NCBI GenBank assembly: GCA_037447605.1
Contig: CM074807.1
Span: 2,046,001-2,110,000, forward strand
DNA: 64,000 bases
Direction: 5' to 3'
Source: Zygnema circumcarinatum SAG 698-1b
Taxonomy: Eukaryota; Plantae; Zygnematophyceae
Under the pieces are notes generated by a model. The model made no database searches. It was not told the origin of the DNA and saw nothing but the letters and a program-made list of their open reading frames with translations. Shown one piece after another: positions 50,124 through 62,236 of this stretch. Both the position numbers and the translations under genes were made by a program. Position 1 is the first letter of the stretch, and each line of letters opens with the position of its first letter.

Positions 50124-51207
50124 CATTAGCCATTCCTTCAATTCTTCTCTTACGTGAATGCAGGCTTTGGCGAGACCTGGATTTTACACCTTTTTTTGGG
50201 CCAGCAATAATGTTACTTCACTCTAGACTAGTTTATCGCTCTGCAAAGATCATCGCTAGCATTGAAGTGTACAGGGCTGCCAACTTACATTTAGGCTCTC
50301 GAGAGGTGAACTTGGGTTATTTGTAGGCCCCTAGTTCCCTGTTTTTGTGCGCTTCTTAAATTTCACGCAATCCGCAGCAATGTTCATTGGAATCTATATA
50401 AATCTATTGCCGCTGCTTCACACTGTGGGTGACTACCTCGGTCATTAAGACCAGAAACGGTTCGTCTGCTCTGCATGTCTGAGACCCTACTCGTGGCACT
50501 CAAGCACTGCCAGCAAAGTCGAAAAGGGGCGCGAAAATATCACTTTTGGGTACAAAAGACCCTCTGAAACGATCAAATCTGTTGAGGGTGACATTGCAAA
50601 GGATATATATTGACATTGATCTATCACACAGCGATATGTGAGGCTTGGGGAGTAAAGAGTTGGCTGACACGCGTGTGAGGCGACGCGAGTGGCGGACTGG
50701 GCCACGAAGAGTATCATCGAACTGCAATGAATTGAGAAGTCAGCATCCTGAAACAACACCCAAGGGCGCTACCTCCCGGCCCAAAGGCAAAGGGCACAAC
50801 CACAAAACTACTGGGCTCACGTTCTGTACACGAAGCATCCTCCTGAGAGAGTCTATGGTCCTAGTCCATCACACCAGGATTCTCCTACAGGCTGTGCTGA
50901 TCTCCCAGCATTTATTCTGTAATGCACTGTCAAATACTTCTTCCGCATGCGCCTCTGTACATGATAGTACCATCCAGTTCCCTCTCTATGAAGCCGAACA
51001 GCAGTGGTCAGCTCAACTGAACCACACTCCCCAACGATGCACTAAACTGCTGCTTCCTACCTTCACAGCAGCTGCCTCTTCAAAAATCAAGTGTCACTGA
51101 CCTTACATTTTCTGTGACTAATGGCTACAAGCTCACTCGCTTTTGAACCCCTCTTTCTGAAATCAAAGGACATCCTCAAGTTTGACTGAATACTGGATGA
51201 CTCTCCC

Positions 51208-54200
51208 TCAATATCCCCCTCGGTAGGCATGAGACTGGCCGTAATTGTTCATTCCACCCCCGTACCCTCCACCACCCCTGCCGTAAGAACCACCACCTCC
51301 TCCCCCACCCATGCCCCTGCCAGCTCCTCCGCCATAGCCCCCACCTCCATAGCCAGCTCCCCCACCACCTCCAGAGCTAGGGCAGCTGCTTGCATAGTGG
51401 CCCTCCTGCCCACATTTGTAACAGGCGTTGCCCCCGCCTCCATAGCCACCTCCTCCACCTCCACCACCGCCCCCGCCTCCATAGCCACCTCCTCCACCAC
51501 CGCCAGAGCCTGGGCAGCTGCTTGCATAGTGGCCCTCCTGCCCACACTTGTAACAGGAACTGCCCCCGCGTCCATGGCCACCTCCCTCACCACTTCCAGA
51601 GCCAGGGCAGCTGCTTGCATAGTGGCCCTCCTGCCCACATTTATAACAAGCGTTGCCCCCACCTCCACCACCCCCCCCATTAAACCCACTTCCACTACCA
51701 TAATTGCCACCCCCTGCTGAAAAGCCGCCTCCACTTCCATGTAGGCCAGTCCTGCCTGGCTCAGGTCCACCGCCATACCTAGTTCCTCCATTAGACATGC
51801 CCCCCCCAGCTGTTCCGTACAAAGGCTCGCCCCGTAACAGCTTGACTATCCAGTCAAGCAGCAAACGGCTCTCGGTTGCATAATCCACGGGTTCTGACTT
51901 CAGAACAGTACATTTCACACGCGTCTCCTCGTTCCATTGTTCTTCTTTCACCTTGATTTTAAACACTCTATGTGAAAACAAAAGGGCTGTGAATGCACTA
52001 ACTTCCCGAGGATCGCCTTCTTGCTTCCATGCATAGAGATCCTTGGCGGTGGCACGCATAATTTCTTCTCCGGCCTCTTGAAAAGCCGTGAGCCACATGA
52101 CTCCTGTGTGGTCCTGCACTTGCAAGCTGAGGAGATAACGATAATCACACTCGTTCAGTGTAACTTGACACCTTTCACAGGTAAATGTCCCATTGTCGAG
52201 AACTTGCACCTTCTTTTGGCATTGTTTGTCTCCAACCATGTTTGTGCACGCTTGATAGCAAAAGTTATCAGTTTTCGTGAAGGAGATAACAGCCCTAACA
52301 GAAATGTAATCCGCCGATCCAGATCGCCCCAAGTTCTCATTTTTAATGTCGGCCAAGGCTTTCCGGGTTTCCTCACGGCCACCTCCAGATCCCCCACCCT
52401 CTCGGGAGATTGAATGTGCCTGTTGGTTCTTTCCCCCTCGGTCAAACCAAGCTTGCAGTTCATGGGCCTTGGGGTGGTCTGGATTTATTAGTAACATTGA
52501 TCCGGGAATGGTTCCGACCTGCTTGCCACTAAAGTTGCTGACCCGACCAGCTTTTACTGCCAACACCGGATTTTGCCCCTTGTCCACATAATCCTGCAGC
52601 CACCAACGGCACAAACCATGAGAAGAAAGGTAAAGAACCACTACCCTCACTTCAAAAAAACTCGAGTTGACAGGAACATGTCAGTTATCTCCACCTCTTT
52701 ACTGAGATATCGATCGCTCTAATCAGTCTTAAATTGACAACAAATACAAGTCGCAATGGTTTGCTCCATGAGAAGCAAGAAATGAGCCGGATGGTGGAAT
52801 TGAGCAACTTCATACACTTCATTTCTGGTACTTCACAAACAAAGAAGCAAAAAAAGAACTTTAATCTTTTTTTGAGTCATATGCATGCTGGTTGCGTTCC
52901 CGAACGGAAGTCGGAGACGACTTGTTAAAATCATTCGAGTAGCAATTGTTGCGAAATACAATATTGGCAACATATACACAGTGATGTCGCTTTACGAATT
53001 TTGTTTCAGAAGTGAAGTGAAGTGAAGTTTCAGAAGTGAAGAACCACACAACCCTGGTTTCCCTTCTCTTTGATCGTTGTTAAAGGAACAAACAGGCGAA
53101 CGACAATGAGCAGAAAGCAGTCAGTCTCTACCACAATCAAGCCACAAATTTATGCTGCTCCAAGAAAAAGAAGTTGACTTCGACGATAGAGATGTCAGTA
53201 TAGGTTGGGAATCTCTCTGCAGACTCACCTGCAACTCTTGCCCCTCTTTCATGCAAAAATTTCCCCACATAATGAGTTCCATTTGCAGACCGCTGCTGTC
53301 CTTCAAGGTGCACACACGTTTAAAAGTCTCTGTGCCATTTTTCCGCTGGATGGTAGTTGTAGGGTAAACGGATACCACAACCCCAATAACATCGAGAACA
53401 GCATTTTCCTCGGCACTCTCCACTTCAGCAATACTCCGGAAGTCAAAATTTTGTGTAGGAATCTTCCCATCTTCTGGACAGGGCTCGATAGTGGAGGCAC
53501 CTTCCAACGTCACCTCCCATTCATTCTTGAGGTGATTGAAATTTCTCTGTGCTGTTTTCAACTGGCCCTTGCTGATTAAGTAAACCCGGCCCACCTGTCC
53601 ATACCCCAGGAAAAAAAAATTCAGCTTTCCTCTAGATTTTGTTTATCCAGGTACGCAGATACTCATCGCTTACACAACCAGGCGGTTCAAAGACATTGAA
53701 AGCATTAGAGTAAGAGGCGGTTGCAGATTTTACACGCATACAATTTCTTCATCATCAGCAAGAGCTCTGACAAATGAGCGCCAGACCATGTGTGGCACGT
53801 CAGAAACGTTCCATTAATTTCAATGTTATGCACTCTGGCTCCGTGTGAGAGAACTGCAAGGCCTGCAGCTTCGAAATTGGGAGGACAAACAGGATGCTCA
53901 CCTCAATCTTGTCGTAGAACTTGTCAACTTCTTTATTGAAGCAAGTGACCCGAATCTCACCACCCTGAGCATCCAGCAAATCAAAACTGAAAACCTTCCC
54001 CTCTCCTTTCGCGTTATTGTATCTCCTCAGGTCACCTTTCGATGTCACACGAGCCTTCACAGTCCACCTACCAATGTACGGATTCAGGGCCTTGATAGGG
54101 ACAATTGTTGGCGCCACTTCATTTTTGGCAATAGGGCCATTGTTCGAAAACCTTGGAGGAGGTTCCATACCTACACTCTGAGCCGCTCTGTATGGATTTG

Positions 54201-55317
54201 AACCAGAATTTATAGTAGCCCCCGACCCAAACCGGTCATCCATCCGAAATCCCGTCCCGCCTGGAGGCCCTAATCCACTGCCCTGTTGTTGAAAGTTGTC
54301 CGGATGACCGGCTCCTCCAGTTCCCAGATAACCCTCTCTCATCATTCCAGTTCTGTTCATTCCCAAAGGAGGAGGACCATTTGGAAATGGCTTCACATCT
54401 TCCGCATATGCCCCGCGAAACGGCTGAGCAGGACTCCCTTGTCCGTAACTTTGCCCTGGTCGTGCATCTTCTATAGGGGGAGTGCGGAATGACTGCCCTG
54501 GGCTTCCTTGATTGTATGCAGAACCTTGCAGGGGAGCGCTGCTTGCATAGGGGTTGTTCACTTGAGCGTTCGGAGGAAGGGCAGGCTTGCTGGCTGCTGC
54601 GACCGCTGCTGCACCTCCCACTGTTCCGCTTATGGGAAGAGGAACAGGGTTGCCAATCATTGAAGCGGAGGACACTAAAACTTCCATATTCAACACGATA
54701 ATAATTCTGCAATGACTCAAGCAGGGCTGTTCAGCTAATGAACATGCATCCTGAACGGAGTTCAATGTTTAGTGTGATGGTTCGAGAAGGGATGTTTAGG
54801 TCATAGCCATAGGGTTTTCTGATAATCAGTCGGCACGACATAATTGGAACAGAAAAAAAAAGTGGACGTCAAAAGACGGAAACAAATAAAGGAGTCTATT
54901 GGAGAGACAACAGAAAGTCCGCCTACAATAAACTACTGCAAATGCTTAACATCGCTAAGATATTGATGAATAACATGCACCGCCAAGGAGCGCTAAAGAG
55001 CAAAGGATACGCAAATGAGACAACTGCCTCTTAGAGTACCTTCGATTCTGCACAGTGTTGCAAATGAACTCCACCAGCTTCAGAATGGTTCCCTTGACCA
55101 ATTCTCCGCTCTTGACGTAATCGTTCAGCTGCGTTGCAAGCATGGCCTGATGAAGATATTCTCCATCAGACAGGACAAGGCGAAACCTATCTGCCGCTGA
55201 GCTCGACGTGGAGTTTCCAATCTGCTTCACATCCGCAACCTGCACGACGGGATGCAGCTCCTCGCTCCCCTCCGCGCCATTGTAGATCAGCGCTATCGCG
55301 TTCCTTGTAAGTTCCAT
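51208..55317 (-). CDS. RPA1: Replication protein A 70 kDa subunit, RPA1C/E-like, with Gly-rich C-terminal extension carrying 3 CCHC knuckles
   Basis: Exons (minus strand) 55317-55040, 54706-53902, 53594-53229, 52593-51208, in phase. Motifs [46 protein letters not shown], the C4 zinc ribbon [10 protein letters not shown]...CERC, and three [14 protein letters not shown]. Confidence 0.97.
53005..53041. repeat. (GAAGT)n short repeat in RPA1 intron 3
   Basis: TTCAGAAGTGAAGTGAAGTGAAGTTTCAGAAGTGAAG. Confidence 0.7.
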
Positions 55318-56639
55318 CTCGCCCTAAACACGTCCACCTTCTTTCAACTTCGGACGCTTGCTCCTGCCTCGATTTCCCGAAGCACTTCACCCGCTCATGC
55401 TGCTAATCCCCGGAAACGTTCCCGTGTTTCGCGGTACTCAGGAAAAAGGCAATCCAGAAAGCCGCCACTGGCGTCTGATGACGCAGCTGGCTGCTGTATA
55501 CTCCTTACATATGTCCCGCAGCAGCAGCAGCAGCGGCCTCTCCACCTGCAGCAGCGGCAGCAGGCAGACGGGCAGCCTCGTGAGAGAGACGCATGGGCGA
55601 ATTCCAAACGCCTTCCCGCGCACGCGCCCGCCCGCCCGCCCGCAAAGGAAGGCGCGCACTTGCTCGGAAGGCTCCAAGCCAGGGCCAGGGCCGCCAGTAA
55701 GGGTTAGGGGGGGCACGGGCATGCCCGGAGGCGGGGGGGGGGGGGAGGGCACGGGCACACGGGCATGACCGGTGTCACGTCACGTGCCCCGGGGCACGAA
55801 AAGGGGGGGCGTGCCCCCAACCCAAGCCGCCAGGCTCGCGCGGATCGCCCCGGGCGGGGTTAGCACACAACTGCAGTGCGGGGCCGGCGGGGCCGTTGAG
55901 GGTTTTGCATGTCCACAACCGCCGTGCGGCTCCGCAATCCACATACGGGAAGACCACAAATGGCGAGAGCGCCTTGCGCGACCGTCCGTCCGTCCGTCTG
56001 AAGTGCGCCACCGTCCAAACGAGCACGTTTCGTTTACAGACTGAAGGCTCGACTCAACTACCATGTGCCACCCTCAGCAGGTCGGATCAAGCTGAAGTTG
56101 CCAATGCACAGCTCGTTGCTGTCCCCCGACTCTTGCGAGTTTTCTTACTCGTCGCGCATTTCAAACTTGATTCAAACGCTGGCAATGATTTTACCCGCCG
56201 CCTGGTGCTCAACACGCATGCAAGCATGCGACCGAGCCATCGACCAATCGCTTTGGGGAGAGTCGTAGCCATCTACAACTGCTTACTAGAAGTGACGAAA
56301 AACACGCTACCGTATTCAGGCCTGGGAGCCACCACCCCTCGTGACATGCCTAGGTGCGTCTCTATGTGTTCCAGTTCTGCCGTGCGCAACAGGACGCGCC
56401 GCAGTCGTGAACTACGCTCACCGTTCGACTCCGGGTGGTCGCTGATCTACGAGCGCGGGTTAACTCGGGCGCCCTGATCAGCGCGCGCAAGTGGATCCGA
56501 GGCCGGGTGGGCGCGAGTGGATCGGGCGGGGCGGGGCGCGGCGCGGCGAGGGGATAGGCGGGGGATCCTCCCGCCCCGGGCCGGCCAATGGCGCGCCGCA
56601 CGGAGATCTCTCCGGCTGCCCGCCTCGCCCACGCGCGCC

Positions 56640-57012
56640 GCCACGTGGCGCGCCTCCGAGCCCCCTCCGGGCGACCTGATGCGCCGACGTGGCGAGCCGC
56701 GCCAGGTCAGCACGGCCGGACGCCCTCCGATCGCGGCGGACGGCCCGGATGCCGCGGGCGATAGCGCGGGCCGCGCCCATTGGGCGGGGCCGGACGACGG
56801 GGCGGCGCCATTCGCCAGCGGCGGGAGCGGATCACGCCACGTGGCGCCGCGGAGGATAGGCGGCACAAAGGGCGCGCCGCGCCATGGTCCTCCTCTTTGG
56901 CGCCGACCCCTCCCTTCCGCTCCGCTCCCCTCCACGCCCGCACCGCCGGCCCTAGCGGAGGCCGCGGCCATGGCTGTCACCGCACGTGCGGGCCCCCGGG
57001 GGAGCACGTGGC
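56640..57012 (+). promoter_or_regulatory. GC-rich promoter of the RRM gene with four ABRE/G-box (ACGTGGC) motifs
   Basis: GCCACGTGGC at 56640-56649 and 56836-56845, GACGTGGC at 56686-56693, CACGTGGC at 57005-57012. CCAAT-like sites lie nearby. Function is inferred from motif identity only. Confidence 0.5.
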
Positions 57013-57195
57013 GTGCCTGAGGCTGAAGGGGAAGGCGCGGGAAGGGGAAAGGAGGGGCGGGGGCGGGCTGAGGCGGGCAGGAGAACAGGGAAAGAATCGA
57101 TGCATGAGGGTTAGGGATTTGCAGGGAAGGGCGGCACCTCTGCCACGGGAGTGGCAGCGGTGGCCACGCCTCCGCGGGGGGCGGGCGCGGCAGCC

Positions 57196-58865
57196 ATGGC
57201 GCATTCGAGCCAGTTTGGCGACACCACGTACACGAAGGTCTTTGTCGGGGGGCTGGCATGGGAGACGCAGCGGGACACCATGAGGAAGTACTTCGAGCAG
57301 TTCGGAGAGATCCTGGAGGCCGTGGTCATCACGGACAGAGTCACGGGCCGCTCTAAGGGCTACGGATTTGTGCGGACCGCCCCCTCCCCTGCTCCTGCAC
57401 GCTGCTCCACTCGCACGCGGTTTAGGGTTTCCAGTCTCGCGGCTGACGCGGGACCCCCCTGCTCCGGGCGCAGGTGACCTTCAAGGACTCCGAGGCAGCC
57501 CGGAGAGCATGCATAGACGCAACACCAATCATTGACGGTCGGAGGGCCAACTGCAACCTCGCATCGCTGGGGCAGAAGCACCGGCAGCAAGGCCAGCAGC
57601 AGCCAGGTGGGCGGGAAGGGGGAGGGGCTGGGCGTGGGAGGAGAGAGAAGTAAAAGAATGGATATTCACGTTTGCACAACCACATCGCAGGCGGGTTTGA
57701 AATTTCCATTGGGGCATTTTCTCTGCAGGTCCGCAAGCGGGGGGGCCGGGATATACTGGCAATGCATTCCCTGCGCCTGCACAGACAGCCCCTTATGTAG
57801 CATATCCTCCACAACAGTTCGGCTATTCACCATACGGGTGAGCTGCACTGCACGCCTCTGCCGGGTTGAGAGACACGGGATGCGTAAAGAATTTGCTCGA
57901 ATTAGGCAGGTTGGAAGTAATGTAAAGATTGCTGGAGAAGTCTTGGAGGGAGGGCTATGGAGATGATGCGGAAACGGAGTTCAACAATGAGACATAGCAG
58001 AGCAACAGGGTAGCCTGTTCCCGAACATGCAGAAGCGCTCGATCTTACTTCAGGGCCGGGATGTGGGAGGACAGGTACCCTTCACAATTCGCAGAGGGCT
58101 ACGCATATCCACAGGTGCGACATTGGCTGGATGTGTGGAAGGAATGATGTGCACCCCACATTCCCCATACCATCATCGTGCCCATGCGCTGGCCTTCATG
58201 TCGAGTGCCCCATCAGGATGCGCCGTCCCCTCACATGCATGGGATGGATGGATGGCTGGCTTGAGGGAGCGCAGGGCATGTTTGCGCCGTATGGCGCGCA
58301 GCAGTTCGCGCCGGCGCCGGGAGTGTACGGCGGGCCCGGGTCCGTGGCCGCGCCGGGGGGCCTCTATGCGGGGGGGGCCTTCCCGGGGTACGCCCCGCAG
58401 GCCCTGCCGGGGGGCGCGGGCTTTGCGGCGCCACAGACCTTCGCGCAGGGCGTGCAGCCCTCCCTGTACGGAGGGCCGGGACAGTACAGCGGGCAAATGC
58501 CCTTGACGCCCACTGCTCCTGCGCCACAAGGTGGGTCGGAGAACATGGGGAGGGGGGGGGCACGTGGAATTGGTGCGAGGACTGCTGAGGGAATTGGGAG
58601 GGAAGAATTGAGGGGTTGCTTGGGTTTGGTGGCAAAGCGATGTTGAGGGAGGGAGGGATGAGGGTGTGGGGGTGGGGGGGAAGGGAGAGGGGGGTCTGGG
58701 AGGGCAGGCTGCTGAGCTGCAGTGTTTGGGGTGGGAGAATGGGAAATTGCAGGTGCAGGCGCAAGGCCTAGCAATCCTGCAGGACAGCAGCTTCCTCTTT
58801 CTTTAGGCGCAGCAACTCCACAATATTTTTCAGCAGGCGGAACTTCATCTGACACTCCTTCATAG
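57196..58865 (+). CDS. Single-RRM RNA-binding protein of the RBM24/38-type plant family (ARP1-like) with Gly/Pro/Tyr-rich tail
   Basis: Exons 57196-57369, 57474-57606, 57729-57837, 58075-58114, 58275-58530, 58753-58865, in phase. They give [18 protein letters not shown]...[22 protein letters not shown]...[16 protein letters not shown]. Confidence 0.92.
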
Positions 58866-60793
58866 TCAATTTAAATTCAAATTGCTTCTTTATACTTTCA
58901 CATACGTGATGGCAAACTTGGGCATGTGTGCGCCTGCGGTGGCATGGGAGACTGGTGAGATTGAGGTCAGTGAGCGGCTTGATTCTGTGAATACCTCTTT
59001 GAATTTCATGCCAGTGAACTGTTGCTGATGTGTGAAGGACTGTCACCATGAGGAGTGTGGGGAGTGTTGCTGTGGTTGCCTCCTCGCCATCAGCCTAGAG
59101 GGGTTCAGTGCAGGGCTTAAAGGCAGGCCATGGCGGCAGCTGGCCTGCTGTAAAGAGTAGGAAAGACTGCAGGAGCTGCAGAACAGTAAGCTCGGAGGTT
59201 CGCTGCCTCTATCACCATATGCATTGCACCTGGAAAGGACAAGAGGGTATGGAAGCCCAGTAAAGGGTCGTTTGCAATGGAAAGGGGAAAGCCCGTAGCG
59301 GATGGCGGAATTTTGGTCGGAAACAAAAGGGTAAAAACACAAGGGCGCTAGCTCCTCAGCAAGAACAGCTTGCAAAAATTCGGGGACATGTATATCAGGG
59401 TAAAGTTTTGTGACTGTACAGTTGAGGAATTTAGGGTTAAATTGTGAATTGTTGACTCTTTGGACTCTTTAACTGTTGTTCAAGAAAACATGTGTAGCTC
59501 TGATCAATGAGAGCAACTTTTGTTGTCGCCGTATGTTGGATGGTTTTAATCGACGGGTGGAGTTACCCTGTAAAATGACGCTGAATGTCGGACTTTTTCA
59601 AATGTTTGACTCCCACACATTTAGCTTGAATTAAGTTGACTTGGATGCAAAACTGCACTGTAAAGATGGCAGAGACTTGTCAGGCCAATACTGTATTTGT
59701 GCAATTGAACTGTTGGGAGCATATCTGGAGGTGTTTTTCGCATCGTGAATATGGCGCTACCTAACGTGACCATGGCCTGTGAGGTGTTCCCTGGCAAGGA
59801 CGACGTTGAACTGCTCCAGTGTTGAAGCCAGTCTTGCAGATATGGGACAGCAACAGGGGAGCAGTTCTCCGTGATCTGTTCCGCTCAGGGGGTAAAAGCG
59901 GAAGGCGCTGAGCGGTGGCTTCTGGAGGCAGCGAGAACATCCAATGGGGCCGACGCTGCAGCAGGCGGTGGATGAGGCCCTGCTCTGCCATCCATGGGGC
60001 CATGCCTGGAATCGCTGCGCAAGGTTGCGAGACCTACTCAAAGTTGAACTTGAAGTTGAAATTCAACTTATGGCCGTCTGTCACATTCAGGGGGACTTCG
60101 CAGATAGAAGACAGTCCTGTGATGATGGGAGACTTTCGAATGCTTGAGAGAGACGTACAGAAATCAGCAGGCGTGTAACCTCATGTCGCATCGTAGTTAG
60201 TCGTAGCGGGAGGAAGCGTTCAAAAGGAGGCATACCAAGGGAAAGTTCTTCCTTGAATCTGTAGCAGTAGCAGCTGAGGCAGCGGTGTGCGAGTGCTAGG
60301 CAGCAGCACTGAGAGAGAGGTTTCTTCTCTGGTGGTTTGCTTCCAGAAGGAATTGGTTCCCATGGACGAGAAATGCACTCACGTGGACGGGGCATGCCAT
60401 TCCTTGGAGGCCCTCGAAACGGGGGTTAGTACAATTGGAAAGGTAGAAAAAGTATTTTCTCTGATCTGAATGCAACAATCAGATGAGCCTGTGCTCCCAG
60501 TGCCACTGTGACCCTAATAAGCATAGTTCCAAGAGGCTGTCCCGTCCCGCGGCGCACGGGGAGGTGACAATCTGATGAGTCACAGCAAGTGAGAGGTCCT
60601 GAAAAAGGGGCAAGTCTGCCCCTCGCATGCGTTGCAGTAGGACCTCTCTGAAGGACTGGTTTTCACTTACAAAAATGCCCGATTCATTTCTTTGCTCGTG
60701 GAAGAAAATAAAGTCGAACCAGGTCATCCATGTCCCTGGCCAGGTCCCTCCCACTCTTCCCTATCCATGACGTCCCGTTTCTTTTTCATGCGA

Positions 60794-61036
60794 TTCCCCT
60801 TCCCCCCCCTTCCCGCTCCCCATACGGCAGCAGCAGCAGCAGCAGCACTCCCCTACCCTGCTGCCCTGCAGGTTCCCCTTCCCCCCCCTTCCCGCTCCCC
60901 ATACGGCAGCAGCAGCAGCAGCAGCACTCCCCTACCCTGCTGCCCTGCAGGTTCCCCTTCCCCCCCCTTCCCGCTGCCCCATACGGCAGCAGCAGCAGCA
61001 GCAGCACTCCCCTACCCTGCTGCCCTGCCCTGCAGG
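60794..61036. repeat. Tandem repeat, 3 x ~79 bp, each with a C-rich tract and a (GCA)n run
   Basis: Units start TTCCCCTTCCCCCCCC at 60794, 60873 and 60952. Each has ATACGGCAGCAGCAGCAGCAGCAGCACTCCCCTACCCTGCTGCCCTGCAGG; unit 3 has small insertions. Confidence 0.95.
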
Positions 61037-61942
61037 CTACCGCGGATGGACGACGGTTCCGTCCTGTCTCGTCCCCTCCCGTCGGACGGACTCGACGGAC
61101 TCACGGCTCCCGCCAGCGCCGCCCTCAGGCGCTGCCCGACAAAACAGGTGAGGCGACCAATCACGTACAGCCACGTGGCCCCCTCCGTCAATGGCCGCCC
61201 CCGGAGCCTGCGCGCGATTGGCCGCGGCTCCGCACGAAAACATTTCCACATGTTTTTTCATTTGGGGACGCGACGGCCGGCCCGCGAGTCGGCAGCCACT
61301 TGGCCACGTAGCAGCCGCTGGGTCGCCCAACTTGCTAGCCAGCAGCCAGAGAGGGGCTGTACGGCCGCCGGCCGGCAGGGCCACTCCGGATTTGGCGGCA
61401 GGCTCGGGAGAGGTCTGTATAGGCGTACGGCCGTGCGTGGGCGATTTGGTCTGTCCCAATCGTGAGTCACCACGTGTGCATATAATCCAGGCATATCCGG
61501 GTTTATCCAGTGGTCGATCCGGCGAACTGGAAGAAGCGGGTGATGGCCGCCGGGCGGGCACCTCTGTCGTTTGCTGGCTTTGCCAGACCGCAGTCCGAAC
61601 CAATATGCCCGGTATGGGCCGACGGCCGGCTAGACCTTCGGCCGGCGGCCGGTACGTATCGCCGGTCACTTCCGATACGGCCGTGTTTTAGCGTACAGTA
61701 CTGTACGCCGAAGTGGGCCGTACACGACCAGTTCCCACCAATGTAAAGTACGGACAGCGCGGTACAAGGAGTACGGTCGGTCCCTCTGCCGCACTGCCGC
61801 CAGACCGCGCTCCGTAATGACCGGGCGGAATTCCAACCCAGAATTGGCTGAAAGTGGCTGGGGAGTGGAAACAGCCTCTAGGGGAGTGCGCGTACCCCGA
61901 TCGACCTCTATGTGTGGACATTTGAAGAATCTTAGCCTCCTC

Positions 61943-61991
61943 GGCCGTACGGACGACCCGCCGCGTCGGCCGGCAGGTCGTCCGTACGGCC
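61943..61991. other. Perfect 16-bp inverted repeat (strong hairpin/cruciform)
   Basis: GGCCGTACGGACGACC (61943-61958) and GGTCGTCCGTACGGCC (61976-61991). The spacer adds a further GCCG/CGGC stem after one mismatch. Confidence 0.9.
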
Positions 61992-62226
61992 ACTGGTCCC
62001 GTAATAAGGGAAGTGTAGCGTAACGGAGCTGCGTTCGACGGATTTGCGTCAGTTCAATTGTACTTGACGTATGCCTCTTCCGTGTCACGGATCAACGGAA
62101 TCCAGGAGCTGCCAACGGAGATTGAGAGAAGGCGGCGCCATGCGTTGGCGGCCCACGGAACAGCACACCATCCAGCAAGGCGCACTCGGGAACACCGCCT
62201 GAGGCCGCCGATTATCATTCGTTGAC

Positions 62227-62236
62227 NNNNNNNNNN
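62227..62236. other. Assembly gap (10 N)
   Basis: N run in the sequence, hiding the likely LTR end and primer-binding site. Confidence 1.

Noticed and set aside
55252-57344. Many overlapping 100-270 aa ORFs in the RPA1/RRM intergenic region
   Set aside because: These are Arg/Pro/Ala/Gly-rich products expected from stop-poor, GC-rich promoter DNA. The same applies to 41165-42275 and 60692-62088.
59757-60469. Possible decayed LINE reverse transcriptase (VQRRPCQGTPHRP resembling the QG.PLSP motif)
   Set aside because: Only one weak motif, no YADD or other RT blocks, and stops in all frames. A translated search against TE databases would decide it.
61508-61995. Firm hAT/MITE call
   Set aside because: The TIRs are only 9 bp and imperfect, and the flanks (GGTTTATC vs GTCCCGTA) are not a target-site duplication. 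Kept only as a finding.
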